Virus record (IMG/VR): IMGVR_UViG_3300045996_000852 | Coordinates: 1-64,000 of that record | From: a virus | Taxonomy: Duplodnaviria; Heunggongvirae; Uroviricota; Caudoviricetes | Direction: 5' to 3' (one strand) | DNA: 64,000 nt | In this document: piece by piece, positions 6,362 through 15,616 of the stretch | Layout of the letters: each line of letters starts with the position of its first letter | How positions within the stretch are numbered: the stretch's first letter is position 1 | The notes under the pieces: model-generated | The model's database searches: none | Told to the model about the DNA's origin: nothing | The model's input: only the letters and a program-made list of their open reading frames with translations | Program-made: the position numbers and the translations under genes

Positions 6362-7212
6362 TGATAAATAATAAAAACTTCGAACACAGACCTATTGCTG
6401 AATTGATGTCTATCGTAAAGAGAGACCTCAAGAAACTGAATGCAGAAGGTTTAATTGATGAAGGAAGTGTCATCAAAACAATCATGTATTGTAATGATAA
6501 GCTTGGCATTCCTTTAAGAGAAGTTAAGCAGATTTGTCTTCCTGTAATGGATGGTAAAGCAGTTCTTCCAAAAGATTTTGAGAAGATGTATTATGTGTGT
6601 GCCTTACCTGAATTGAAAATTGAAAATCACGAATATAAGAATCCTTATGATAACTCTTTTGATAGAGATATAGTTTATGAAGCTGAGGTTAACAGGGAGA
6701 AATTAGGTAACACTGATAATTATCAAGTTGTAATCAAGAAGATTACTAACATGACGATTAAAACATATACCAAATTTATTGAACTGGAATTGGCTCCATC
6801 ATCAATTGTGCATTCTATTGGAAGTTCTCCTGCTAGAAGAAATACTGGTAAGAAGAAAATCACAATCACTGATGATGGTTTCATAGAATGTCCTTTTAAA
6901 GAGGGTGAGTTATACTTGATGTACTTGGGTAACATGAGGGATGAACATGGTAATTTATTATTTCCTTTCCATCCTTTGATTACTCCGTGGTACGAATGGT
7001 GTATAAAAGAGAAGTTGTTACAGGATGCTGTTTTCAATACTGAGAACCCCAATCTTTATATGACATTATATAAGGAATCTCAGGCAGAAAGAGGTAAGGC
7101 TTGGTTGGATGCCTATGATGCTACAATGCATAAAGGTTATGGTGCATACGTGGATATGCAGAGAAAGAAAGAACTGAAGTGGTACAATCAATACTTTAAA
7201 AATTTTGAATAA
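6361..7212 (+). CDS. Hypothetical protein, 283 aa
   Basis: Long ORF coupled to the upstream stop (TAATG). No motif recognised. Confidence 0.55.
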   Translation: MINNKNFEHRPIAELMSIVKRDLKKLNAEGLIDEGSVIKTIMYCNDKLGIPLREVKQICLPVMDGKAVLPKDFEKMYYVCALPELKIENHEYKNPYDNSFDRDIVYEAEVNREKLGNTDNYQVVIKKITNMTIKTYTKFIELELAPSSIVHSIGSSPARRNTGKKKITITDDGFIECPFKEGELYLMYLGNMRDEHGNLLFPFHPLITPWYEWCIKEKLLQDAVFNTENPNLYMTLYKESQAERGKAWLDAYDATMHKGYGAYVDMQRKKELKWYNQYFKNFE

Positions 7213-7748
7213 TGGGATTAGAAAGATTAATTCAATGGTTAATTGATTTCCTTACAGAATCCCTCCCGGGTTTCATAGTTAAGGAATATCAAGAGGCAAT
7301 CGTACTTAGATGGGGTAAATTTTATAAACATGTTGGTAAAGGTTATCATTGGAAAATACCACATGTAGATGAAGTGATTCCTCAGCATACTGTTTTAACA
7401 ACAATGAACCTACCTTCTCAATCTTTGGTAACAAAGGATGGAACTAATGTGGTAGTAAAAGCGGTTGTAAAATATAAGATATTTGATGTCAAAACATTTA
7501 CACTTGAGGTTTATGATTCAGTAGATGCTATATCAGACGTAGCTCAAGGAGTTGTAAAGAATGCTATAATGACTTCAAATTGGGAACAGTGTAGAGATAT
7601 TGAAAATTATAATATAGACAATCAGATTACCAAAAAGGTGAGAACTGAATTGAAGAAGTTAGGAGTTTCAATTGAAAATGTTGTTCTTACTGACATAGCT
7701 CCGATAAGGACAATAAGATTAATAAACGAGAGTGTATTAAATGCCTGA
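7212..7748 (+). CDS. SPFH / band-7 (stomatin-prohibitin-like) domain protein
   Basis: EYQEAIVLRWGKFYKHVGKGYHWKIPHVDEVI...TKDGTNVVVKAVVKYKIFD matches the SPFH core pattern (compare the HflK/C and stomatin motif VxExxxGVVxRxGK...PGxHxxxPxID). Confidence 0.55.
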   Translation: MGLERLIQWLIDFLTESLPGFIVKEYQEAIVLRWGKFYKHVGKGYHWKIPHVDEVIPQHTVLTTMNLPSQSLVTKDGTNVVVKAVVKYKIFDVKTFTLEVYDSVDAISDVAQGVVKNAIMTSNWEQCRDIENYNIDNQITKKVRTELKKLGVSIENVVLTDIAPIRTIRLINESVLNA

Positions 7749-10700
7749 TAATATTCAAAATACTTCCCAAGTTGATACTAATGCAAGTAACAAACCTGCA
7801 TTGGTTACTGACCTAAATGATACTTTCGTTTCTAACGAACAGTATTCTCATGGTAGAAACCTAATCAAGAGCACCAAAGATGGTGACCTTGGAACACTAG
7901 GTAATGAGCCTTCTAATCATTTGTGTTATGCAGCACCTTATAAGATCATAGGTATTGTACCTATGGGTGATGATTTGGATATGGTTTTCTCTACTAATAA
8001 TATCAATTCAGAGATAGGTATAGCAAATAGAAAAATTTGTAGCTATGAGAAGAAGTTGAACATGACTTGTTTGAACTTCAACACTAACTACCCTATTACA
8101 GGGGTAGCTAAAAAGCACTACGAGAAAGGCTATATTATCACATTTACTGACAAATATAATCCTGTGAGAAGGGTTGAAGTAAGTAAGTTGGGTACTATAA
8201 AAAATTGTGATGAGATATTACTTTGGAGAAAAATTGACCATCCTTGTATAGGGGTAGAAAGAGGGACTGTTGGAAATGTACCTAATGGTGCTTATTCCGT
8301 ATGTATTGCTTATACTATTGATGGAGAAATATTTTCAGATTTTTACTCTATTACAAATAGAGTTCTTTTATATTCTGAGAATAATGCAAATTCCCTAGAA
8401 ATTACACTATCCAGACTGGACAAGGATTTTGATAAGTTTGCTCTGGTAGTAGTGGGTAATTACATAGACCCTGTAACCAAGGGGGTTACAAAGACAGCTA
8501 AGATTGTAGGGGAATATTCAACAAAGACCACAAAAATAGCTGTTACTGATTTTATTAATAGTAACCATAAAGAGATAGGATTAGACAGACTTGTTATAAA
8601 GAAGAAGTCATGGCAAAAGGCTGGTATAATTACATCTAACTCGAATTACCTGATACTAGCTGATTTGATAAGTAGACCTGAGGAAAATTATCAACTGAAA
8701 GCTATGCAGATTGAATCTGAATACGTAGTTGAACAGGTTGATGCTGATTATTATGGATATGATGGTAGAGATGTAGGGTATTATAGAGATGAAAACTATG
8801 ACTTCTACATTCAGGGTATATTTAATACAGGGGAAGAAACAGAAAAATATCATATTGCTGGACCTAAACCGAAAGCTAATGATTTAGTTCTTGCTTCTGG
8901 TGCAGACGTATATGAACTAGATACTCAATTTAAAGATTGTTCCGAGCCTGATAAAATATTGAACTGGCAAGTAAATAATACTGCCGGACAAATGAAAGCA
9001 CTGAGCGAAGAGTTTAAGTGTAACAGAAGAATGTTTGGATATGGTGATATGGGTTATCATGCTTCAACTGAAGTATATGCTGACAACAAGGCTAAATACG
9101 GTGATGATGCAGGAACTCCAATCAGATTCCATAGAATGCCTGATGAAACAAAAGTTCCAAGGTATTCTGTTGTAGACGGTAAATATTACATTAATATTCT
9201 TGGTATAAGATTCAAGAATATTCCAAAATTCGATAACCCTGATATAGTTGGATATAAAATCACTCGTTCCGATAGGAAGGGTGGTAATGGTACTGTTGTA
9301 GCTAGAGGTATTATGACAAATGTTAGAAGCTATTTTGATAAGCAAGCTAACCAGAACATAATGTTCTCGAACTATCCGGTAAACGACCTTAATCCTGATG
9401 TTTTCTTATCAGAAACTCAGACTGTATTTAAGGGTGGGAGAGAAACTAACTTTAAACCTATTGAGGGTTACTTCAATGATAGGTTTAACTTCTATTCTCC
9501 CCATACCTCATTCGAACCAAGATATACTCTTGGTAATGAAATTAAGATTGAATCAGAAGAAATTGCTGAAGTAGATGGACAATTTCAAATTGTTCACAAC
9601 CACCCTAAGTTAAAATTGTTGAACCAATTTGCTTGGTGGTTAGCTCTTGCTGTAGGTATAGTAGAGACATACTTCGAAGCACAGGGATTAAAGCATCAAC
9701 AAAAGGCTGACATCAGTGGTCAATCTAGTGGAACTGCTACAATAACTGGTACTTCTGCTGGTACAATTAATTTTAATCCAGATGGTCCGGGTCCATTAGG
9801 TGTGAAGAACACTGGCACTTCCACTGGAAGAAATGGTGGTTCCGTATTATCAATTACAGGTCAGGCTACTAAAGATGCTATCAATGATTTAATCAAATTG
9901 ATAGCTAGTGGTAATTTCTCTCAAATCAAAACTTACATTAAAGTATTAAGGGATGTACTGAGAGTTATTGTAAATGCCGGAATTACAGCAGGTCTTACTG
10001 TTGTTACTGTAATGAAATATGCTCAGGAAACATTAGATATAATTGACAGATTTACAGGTGAGACTGATTATGTTTATCAGTATAATTCACATGCTAAATT
10101 CACTAAGTCAATCCCTGTTAATTCAGGAAATAAGAGAAGAAGGTTATTGAAACCTGCTCATTATATCCCTAGTACAACTGTTACTATTGAAGGAGAAGTT
10201 TTCAATAACTTATTATCTGAGAAATCAGTATATCTACACCTGAACAAAGAAATTAAAGAACCTACGACAAAGGATACTACCAGAAATACAATATCTGGTT
10301 TTGGTTTGTGTGATGACCCTACAAGGAAAGCAAAGAGTACTGGTTCAGCATTCTATGCTACTTCAAAGGTTATAAACCCTAATCAATACGGTCAGGTTGG
10401 CTCTAGCTTACCTGTATCAATGCATTCATGTGTATTATCCTTCAGTGATGGTGAAGCAACAACCACACCTGTTCTATACGGTGGGGATTGTGTTATTTCA
10501 AAGTTCTATATTCAGAAGAGGAGACAGTTCTTTAATCAAACATTAGCAAACACTAATTATCCTCCGGGTACAGAATATGATTATAGACTGTACAGGAATA
10601 TTGCTTATCCTAGGTATTGGTTGGATAGTAGTCAATATGATTACGGTGAATTGTTAAAAAAGAAACAAATAAACTTTGCTACGTTCAATAGAACTACAGC

Positions 10701-12393
10701 AAATAGACATAATTTGGATTGTAAGAAATCTAAAGATGGGGATGTTCCAACAAGAATTGATGATGCTTACATGTATACATCAAATAACTGTGCTATGGAA
10801 TTCTTTGTTGAGTGTGATTACAATCCTGCTTTCAGAGAGAAAACAGAGCAACCGTTTTACTCACAACAGAATACTAATCTTTCTGATGTGTTCAGAAGTG
10901 ATAGATTAGAAACTCCCGAGGAATTTAAGATTTCCAGAGCATTTTCTGATTTATATACTACTGAAATATTCCCTATTTCCCAAAGAGAAGACTTTGACCC
11001 TGCTAATCCACTTGCAGTTGAACAACCGAATTCAGTGATTTATTCACTTCCTTCATTCAACTTACAGAGAGTAGATAACTGGCAATACTTCCTACCGGGA
11101 AATTGGTTTGCATTTAATGAATCTGACTTTGGTAAATTATCAGCAATTCATAAGATGGACCAAGACAGGTTGATATTCTTATTTACAGCAGCATCTCCTT
11201 TCATCTCAATGGGTCAGAGTTTACTTCAGTTAAGTGGTCAAACTGTTACTATTGGTGATGGTGGATTATTTGCACAAGACCCAAGAGAAGTAATGCCTAC
11301 AAGTAACAACTTTGGTGCATCTACTTCAAGATATGCATTCTCTGCTACTCATGGTGGTAGATTTTATATATCAGAAAATCAAGGTAGAATATTCAATTTT
11401 ACAGGGGGATTAGAGCCAATATCAAATCAGGGAATGTCATTCTGGTGTAAGAATTACATGCCGATGTTCTTATATAAATACTTTCCTAATTATGATTTGC
11501 CGGAAAATCCTATTTCTGGTGTTGGTTATTTAATAGTGTTCGATAGTCACTACGAGACTTTATACATAACTAAGAGAGACTTTTCCCCAAAGAGAGAATA
11601 TGAGAGGGATATAGTATTTGATAAGGTAAAAGGATTCCTTTTCCAAGGGACACCTATTCAATTAAGAGACCCTAAATATTTCAATGATGTTAGTTGGACT
11701 CTTTCTTATTCACTTGCTGATAGTGCATTTGTTAGCTGGCATGACTGGCATCCAGATTGGATTATTCAAACTGATAATCACTTCATGACAGTTAAGGATA
11801 ATACTGTATGGAAGCATAATGAAAGATATGATTCATTCTGTAATTTCTATGGTAGGGATTTTCCTTTCGAATGGGAACCTATCTCATCATCTGGTCAAAA
11901 TGTAGAGACTTTAAGAAGTTTGGAATACTTCCTTGAAGTGTACAAATATAGAAACATGGGTAGAGATAAATTCCATGTTAAAGATGAGAACTTTAGTCAT
12001 CTGATTGTAAACAATTCAGAGCAAATGTCTCCTCTTTATAACTTAACTATTGCACCAGTTAATCCTAAAGACAGATTAGGATTCCCTAGAAAGAATACAA
12101 CGAACAATGTTTCCTTTGATATTTTATTTGAAAAGGTAGAACAGAAGTATAGAATCAATCAGTTTTGGGATGCTGTTAAAGATAGAGAAAGTGAAAGTCA
12201 TTTCTTCCCGGTAGATGAGTCTGGTTATAAAAGAGTAGTTAACCCTGTTGCTATTGATCTTGATAAACCAGAAACAGAAAGGAAAAAGTTCAGGCACTAT
12301 TTTAATAGATTCTTCTTCATCAAGGATAAATCTGGTGACAAGAAGTTCATAATGAAACTCGTAAACATTAAAAAATTAATTTCACCTAGATAA
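7741..12393 (+). CDS. Large virion-associated protein, 1550 aa (structural or ejection role inferred)
   Basis: Very long ORF directly upstream of other giant virion-type genes. Has an internal Gly/Thr/Ser-rich low-complexity segment and a hydrophobic segment (WWLALAVGIVETYF). No catalytic motif recognised. Confidence 0.55.
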   Translation: MPDNIQNTSQVDTNASNKPALVTDLNDTFVSNEQYSHGRNLIKSTKDGDLGTLGNEPSNHLCYAAPYKIIGIVPMGDDLDMVFSTNNINSEIGIANRKICSYEKKLNMTCLNFNTNYPITGVAKKHYEKGYIITFTDKYNPVRRVEVSKLGTIKNCDEILLWRKIDHPCIGVERGTVGNVPNGAYSVCIAYTIDGEIFSDFYSITNRVLLYSENNANSLEITLSRLDKDFDKFALVVVGNYIDPVTKGVTKTAKIVGEYSTKTTKIAVTDFINSNHKEIGLDRLVIKKKSWQKAGIITSNSNYLILADLISRPEENYQLKAMQIESEYVVEQVDADYYGYDGRDVGYYRDENYDFYIQGIFNTGEETEKYHIAGPKPKANDLVLASGADVYELDTQFKDCSEPDKILNWQVNNTAGQMKALSEEFKCNRRMFGYGDMGYHASTEVYADNKAKYGDDAGTPIRFHRMPDETKVPRYSVVDGKYYINILGIRFKNIPKFDNPDIVGYKITRSDRKGGNGTVVARGIMTNVRSYFDKQANQNIMFSNYPVNDLNPDVFLSETQTVFKGGRETNFKPIEGYFNDRFNFYSPHTSFEPRYTLGNEIKIESEEIAEVDGQFQIVHNHPKLKLLNQFAWWLALAVGIVETYFEAQGLKHQQKADISGQSSGTATITGTSAGTINFNPDGPGPLGVKNTGTSTGRNGGSVLSITGQATKDAINDLIKLIASGNFSQIKTYIKVLRDVLRVIVNAGITAGLTVVTVMKYAQETLDIIDRFTGETDYVYQYNSHAKFTKSIPVNSGNKRRRLLKPAHYIPSTTVTIEGEVFNNLLSEKSVYLHLNKEIKEPTTKDTTRNTISGFGLCDDPTRKAKSTGSAFYATSKVINPNQYGQVGSSLPVSMHSCVLSFSDGEATTTPVLYGGDCVISKFYIQKRRQFFNQTLANTNYPPGTEYDYRLYRNIAYPRYWLDSSQYDYGELLKKKQINFATFNRTTANRHNLDCKKSKDGDVPTRIDDAYMYTSNNCAMEFFVECDYNPAFREKTEQPFYSQQNTNLSDVFRSDRLETPEEFKISRAFSDLYTTEIFPISQREDFDPANPLAVEQPNSVIYSLPSFNLQRVDNWQYFLPGNWFAFNESDFGKLSAIHKMDQDRLIFLFTAASPFISMGQSLLQLSGQTVTIGDGGLFAQDPREVMPTSNNFGASTSRYAFSATHGGRFYISENQGRIFNFTGGLEPISNQGMSFWCKNYMPMFLYKYFPNYDLPENPISGVGYLIVFDSHYETLYITKRDFSPKREYERDIVFDKVKGFLFQGTPIQLRDPKYFNDVSWTLSYSLADSAFVSWHDWHPDWIIQTDNHFMTVKDNTVWKHNERYDSFCNFYGRDFPFEWEPISSSGQNVETLRSLEYFLEVYKYRNMGRDKFHVKDENFSHLIVNNSEQMSPLYNLTIAPVNPKDRLGFPRKNTTNNVSFDILFEKVEQKYRINQFWDAVKDRESESHFFPVDESGYKRVVNPVAIDLDKPETERKKFRHYFNRFFFIKDKSGDKKFIMKLVNIKKLISPR

Positions 12394-13637
12394 TGAATTG
12401 CTATAGACCTAAAAAAATGAATGTAGGTGGTGGTACTACTATCACTCCCCCTGATTGGTTGAAAAGACAAATCGAGGAAGCTGATTTGAAACCTATTGAA
12501 CCTCCGGTTGTGACAACACCTCCTCAGGTTAAAACTAATCCACTTACAACTATAAAAACAATTGATTCAACACTTGTAAAAAATACATTTCTTCCAAGGG
12601 TCAGTCAAGAACTCCGTGGAGCTTCTGCTAAAACTCAGGTAAATGATAATAATATTAATGACAATGGTAGTTTAACTACCGATAATCCTGACCCTTGGTT
12701 ACCTTATAAAACAATGAGAAGTGGTAAACTTTTCATGAATGAACTTGCTGGTAAAGCTGAGAGAAGTAGACAGGACCAATATTGGTATAATCAATTATCA
12801 ACGATTGGTCAAATGAATTCTATGCCTGTTGGTGATTTTCAACCAACTGCATTCAATCAATATGCTAAGTTAGGTGGGACTATGTTTAGTCATGGTGGTA
12901 GAAAATTCAGTAATGATGCTGAGTTTAATATGGATGTTTATGCTAAGGGTGGTCAAGTCTCCAAAGGTAAGGGACAAGCAATGGCAATGGTTAATTTCTT
13001 GGCTCAAGGTGGACTGACTGCTGAAGGTATTTTAGATTTCCTTTTCGAGGAAGAAGAAAAACCTGTAGAGAAAAAGGGTAAAGAAGAAAGTGAGAATACT
13101 GCACCAACTGAAGCAGATATTGCAGCAGCAGCTAGAAGACAAATGGAAAAGGATGATGAAACACTTGCATTAGCAATTGCTGAGGAAGATTTTGAAGATG
13201 TAGGTACTTATAGAAGTCGTAAAGGTAATTTCAATCCAAATCCTACTGCTCAAGAAACAAAGAAAGGTGTATATGAACTTTTCTATAATGACCCTAATTC
13301 AGGGGAAGTTTTCTCAAGAAAACATGGTAAGGATTTGGGTAAACCTGTTAGTGGACACTCAGACCACTTGCACTTTGCTGCCGATGCATCTATTCTGGAT
13401 GAAGTAGTCCCTATGTTGAAAAATTATGGATTACAATATTCTGAAGGTTATGATAAAGGAGCTAAGAAGGGTGTACATAAAGGAACTAGTTATCACTACA
13501 GACAAAGTAATGGTAAGAGACTTGCTATAGATGTTAACCATCCTGATAAGTCCAAAGAACCTGAAGCTATCAATAAATTTATCAACGAAGTATTAAGACC
13601 TAGAGGGTTGTATAAATACGGTGGAAAATCCAAATAA
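12393..13637 (+). CDS. Hypothetical 414-aa protein with a possible C-terminal LAS-type Zn-peptidase motif
   Basis: C-terminal SRKHGKDLGKPVSGHSDHLHFAAD resembles the HxxxD ... HLHF metal-binding motifs of M23/M15 (LAS) peptidoglycan peptidases. The match is weak. Confidence 0.45.
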   Translation: MNCYRPKKMNVGGGTTITPPDWLKRQIEEADLKPIEPPVVTTPPQVKTNPLTTIKTIDSTLVKNTFLPRVSQELRGASAKTQVNDNNINDNGSLTTDNPDPWLPYKTMRSGKLFMNELAGKAERSRQDQYWYNQLSTIGQMNSMPVGDFQPTAFNQYAKLGGTMFSHGGRKFSNDAEFNMDVYAKGGQVSKGKGQAMAMVNFLAQGGLTAEGILDFLFEEEEKPVEKKGKEESENTAPTEADIAAAARRQMEKDDETLALAIAEEDFEDVGTYRSRKGNFNPNPTAQETKKGVYELFYNDPNSGEVFSRKHGKDLGKPVSGHSDHLHFAADASILDEVVPMLKNYGLQYSEGYDKGAKKGVHKGTSYHYRQSNGKRLAIDVNHPDKSKEPEAINKFINEVLRPRGLYKYGGKSK

Positions 13638-13643
13638 GCATTT

Positions 13644-15566
13644 ATGAAACAAGGTAATATAGATTACAAACAAACATCACATTTCAGTAACCCTTACAAG
13701 TTTGACCCAACTGAGTCATCTTCTGTTAAGGCTGATTTACCTGAAGTGAATACAAAGATTAAAGAGAATCCATACAGAGCAAATGTGGAGATTGAAAAGG
13801 ATGAGCTTGTGCTTAAGCCTGATCTTACTGCTATCCACAAAACTGTAGGTAAAAAACACTCTCAAGGTGGAACTAATGTTTTCCTTGAAGGGGGTTCTTT
13901 TGTATTTTCTGCCGATAAGAGTTTATCTCTTTCTCAGGATGATCTTGATAATTTCGAATTAAAAGGTACAAGTAAGAATCAAAAAAATACTCCTGCAAAA
14001 GTTCTGGAAAAGAATGTAGACCCTGAACATTACAATACCTTGGTTGCTATTCTGGATGACCCAAAGAAAGATGACATTTCTAAGCAAAGTGCTCAAATGA
14101 TGCTTGAAAAATATTTTAACATTATAGGTAATATAGCTTATGTACAAGAAGAAAAGAAACAATTTCCCCAAGGACTTCCTGAATTTTCTATGGGTACTGC
14201 TCCTGTATATAAAACAACTCTTAAAGATGAAATTGAAGAAAACGACCAATATATGAAATATGGTGGTAAAGTAGAAAATCCCTACAAGGAAATGCCTTGG
14301 GGTGGTTCTTTTGGTTTAGCTGCTGCAATGGCTGCAAAAAAGAAAACTGAAGAAGTAAAAACTTCTGGTACACCGGGAGTAACTCCGGGTAAAGGTGTTA
14401 TTACACCTTCTCAAAATGGATGGAAGAATTATTATGACAGTAGGCAGAAGAAGCAATATAATGCACCTGCTGATGTTACACCTGAGCAATTCTATTCCAC
14501 TCCGGGACTTGTAGATTACATGAAAACATTAGATATACTTCCGGGTGTAGATAATGACATGAAGAAAGCAGATGATGGAGTTTGGGGTTACAGACACCAA
14601 ATTGCCTATGATAAGTTCTTCCCACCTCAAGTAAAAATAGGAAAACCTCCTGTTTCAGAAGATTGTCCTTGTGGTAAGGATGAGTATGGATGTGTTCCAT
14701 GTGCTCCTGTAGAAACAAAGGTTATACCTCCAACACCTGCTAAGGAAGAAACATTAACTCCGGGTAAGGTAGAAGGTGACCCTCAGAATGGTATCCCTGT
14801 GAACTGGAAATTCACACCTTGGCAGAGAAGAGCACAATCTTATGCAGGAATGAGATGGGCTGGTGTTGATAGAGAGATGCCAATGAGGTCTCACTATAAT
14901 GCAACATTCATTGACCCTCAACTAGTTAATCCTGAACAAGCTGTGGCAGATGCTAGAACTATGGCAAACAGTAAGATGCAATCATCAAACTTGATGAATC
15001 CTTATTTAGCCAATGCTCAAAAATCTGCTGATTATGGTAACTTGATAAATGCTATCCCGGGTATAAGAAGTCAATATGACAATCAGAATGTGGCAATCGA
15101 AAATTCAGGTAGACAATATAACAATCAGATAAAGAATGATGAGACCTTGAAGAATCTTGCTTTTGACCAACAGTACTGGAAAGAAGGTGCTATAGGTAGA
15201 ACAAACTTCAAGAACATGAGAGGTGCTCTTGGTGATAATTGGGAAAGTATTGTACAGAAGCAAGCTGGTGAAAATCAACAACTTGCGTATAATATGCTTA
15301 CTCTTGGACCTAAACCTGCTTATGGGTTTGATTGGGATACAGGTAATCTACTGAGGAATGATAAGAATATTATGGATGTGATGAGTGATGTAAAAGGTGA
15401 TAACCTTCAATCATTCCTTGAGAGTCTGGATAAGTCGAGCATCTCTGAAGATAAGAAGTGGGAGATTAAATCTAAGATTCTTCTTGGTAAGCATCTTGGT
15501 AACAATATAGGAACTAATAACCTTTTCAGAACTGGTAGAAAAGGTGGAACTATGGGAAGGAAATAA
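13644..15566 (+). CDS. Hypothetical virion-associated protein, 640 aa
   Basis: Long ORF; Cys cluster CPCGKDEYGCVPCAP; no enzymatic motif recognised. Confidence 0.5.
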   Translation: MKQGNIDYKQTSHFSNPYKFDPTESSSVKADLPEVNTKIKENPYRANVEIEKDELVLKPDLTAIHKTVGKKHSQGGTNVFLEGGSFVFSADKSLSLSQDDLDNFELKGTSKNQKNTPAKVLEKNVDPEHYNTLVAILDDPKKDDISKQSAQMMLEKYFNIIGNIAYVQEEKKQFPQGLPEFSMGTAPVYKTTLKDEIEENDQYMKYGGKVENPYKEMPWGGSFGLAAAMAAKKKTEEVKTSGTPGVTPGKGVITPSQNGWKNYYDSRQKKQYNAPADVTPEQFYSTPGLVDYMKTLDILPGVDNDMKKADDGVWGYRHQIAYDKFFPPQVKIGKPPVSEDCPCGKDEYGCVPCAPVETKVIPPTPAKEETLTPGKVEGDPQNGIPVNWKFTPWQRRAQSYAGMRWAGVDREMPMRSHYNATFIDPQLVNPEQAVADARTMANSKMQSSNLMNPYLANAQKSADYGNLINAIPGIRSQYDNQNVAIENSGRQYNNQIKNDETLKNLAFDQQYWKEGAIGRTNFKNMRGALGDNWESIVQKQAGENQQLAYNMLTLGPKPAYGFDWDTGNLLRNDKNIMDVMSDVKGDNLQSFLESLDKSSISEDKKWEIKSKILLGKHLGNNIGTNNLFRTGRKGGTMGRK

Positions 15567-15600
15567 CTTTAAAAATTAATTGGTTTTCAACTAAATATAA

Positions 15601-15612
15601 CGTAAATTTGTA
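15601..15612 (+). promoter_or_regulatory. Candidate promoter cgTAAATTTGtagcta directly upstream of ATG15617
   Basis: TAnnTTTG box at 15603-15610, the same extended motif (TTTGTAnnnnA) as other sites in the window. Confidence 0.35.
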
Positions 15613-15616
15613 GCTA

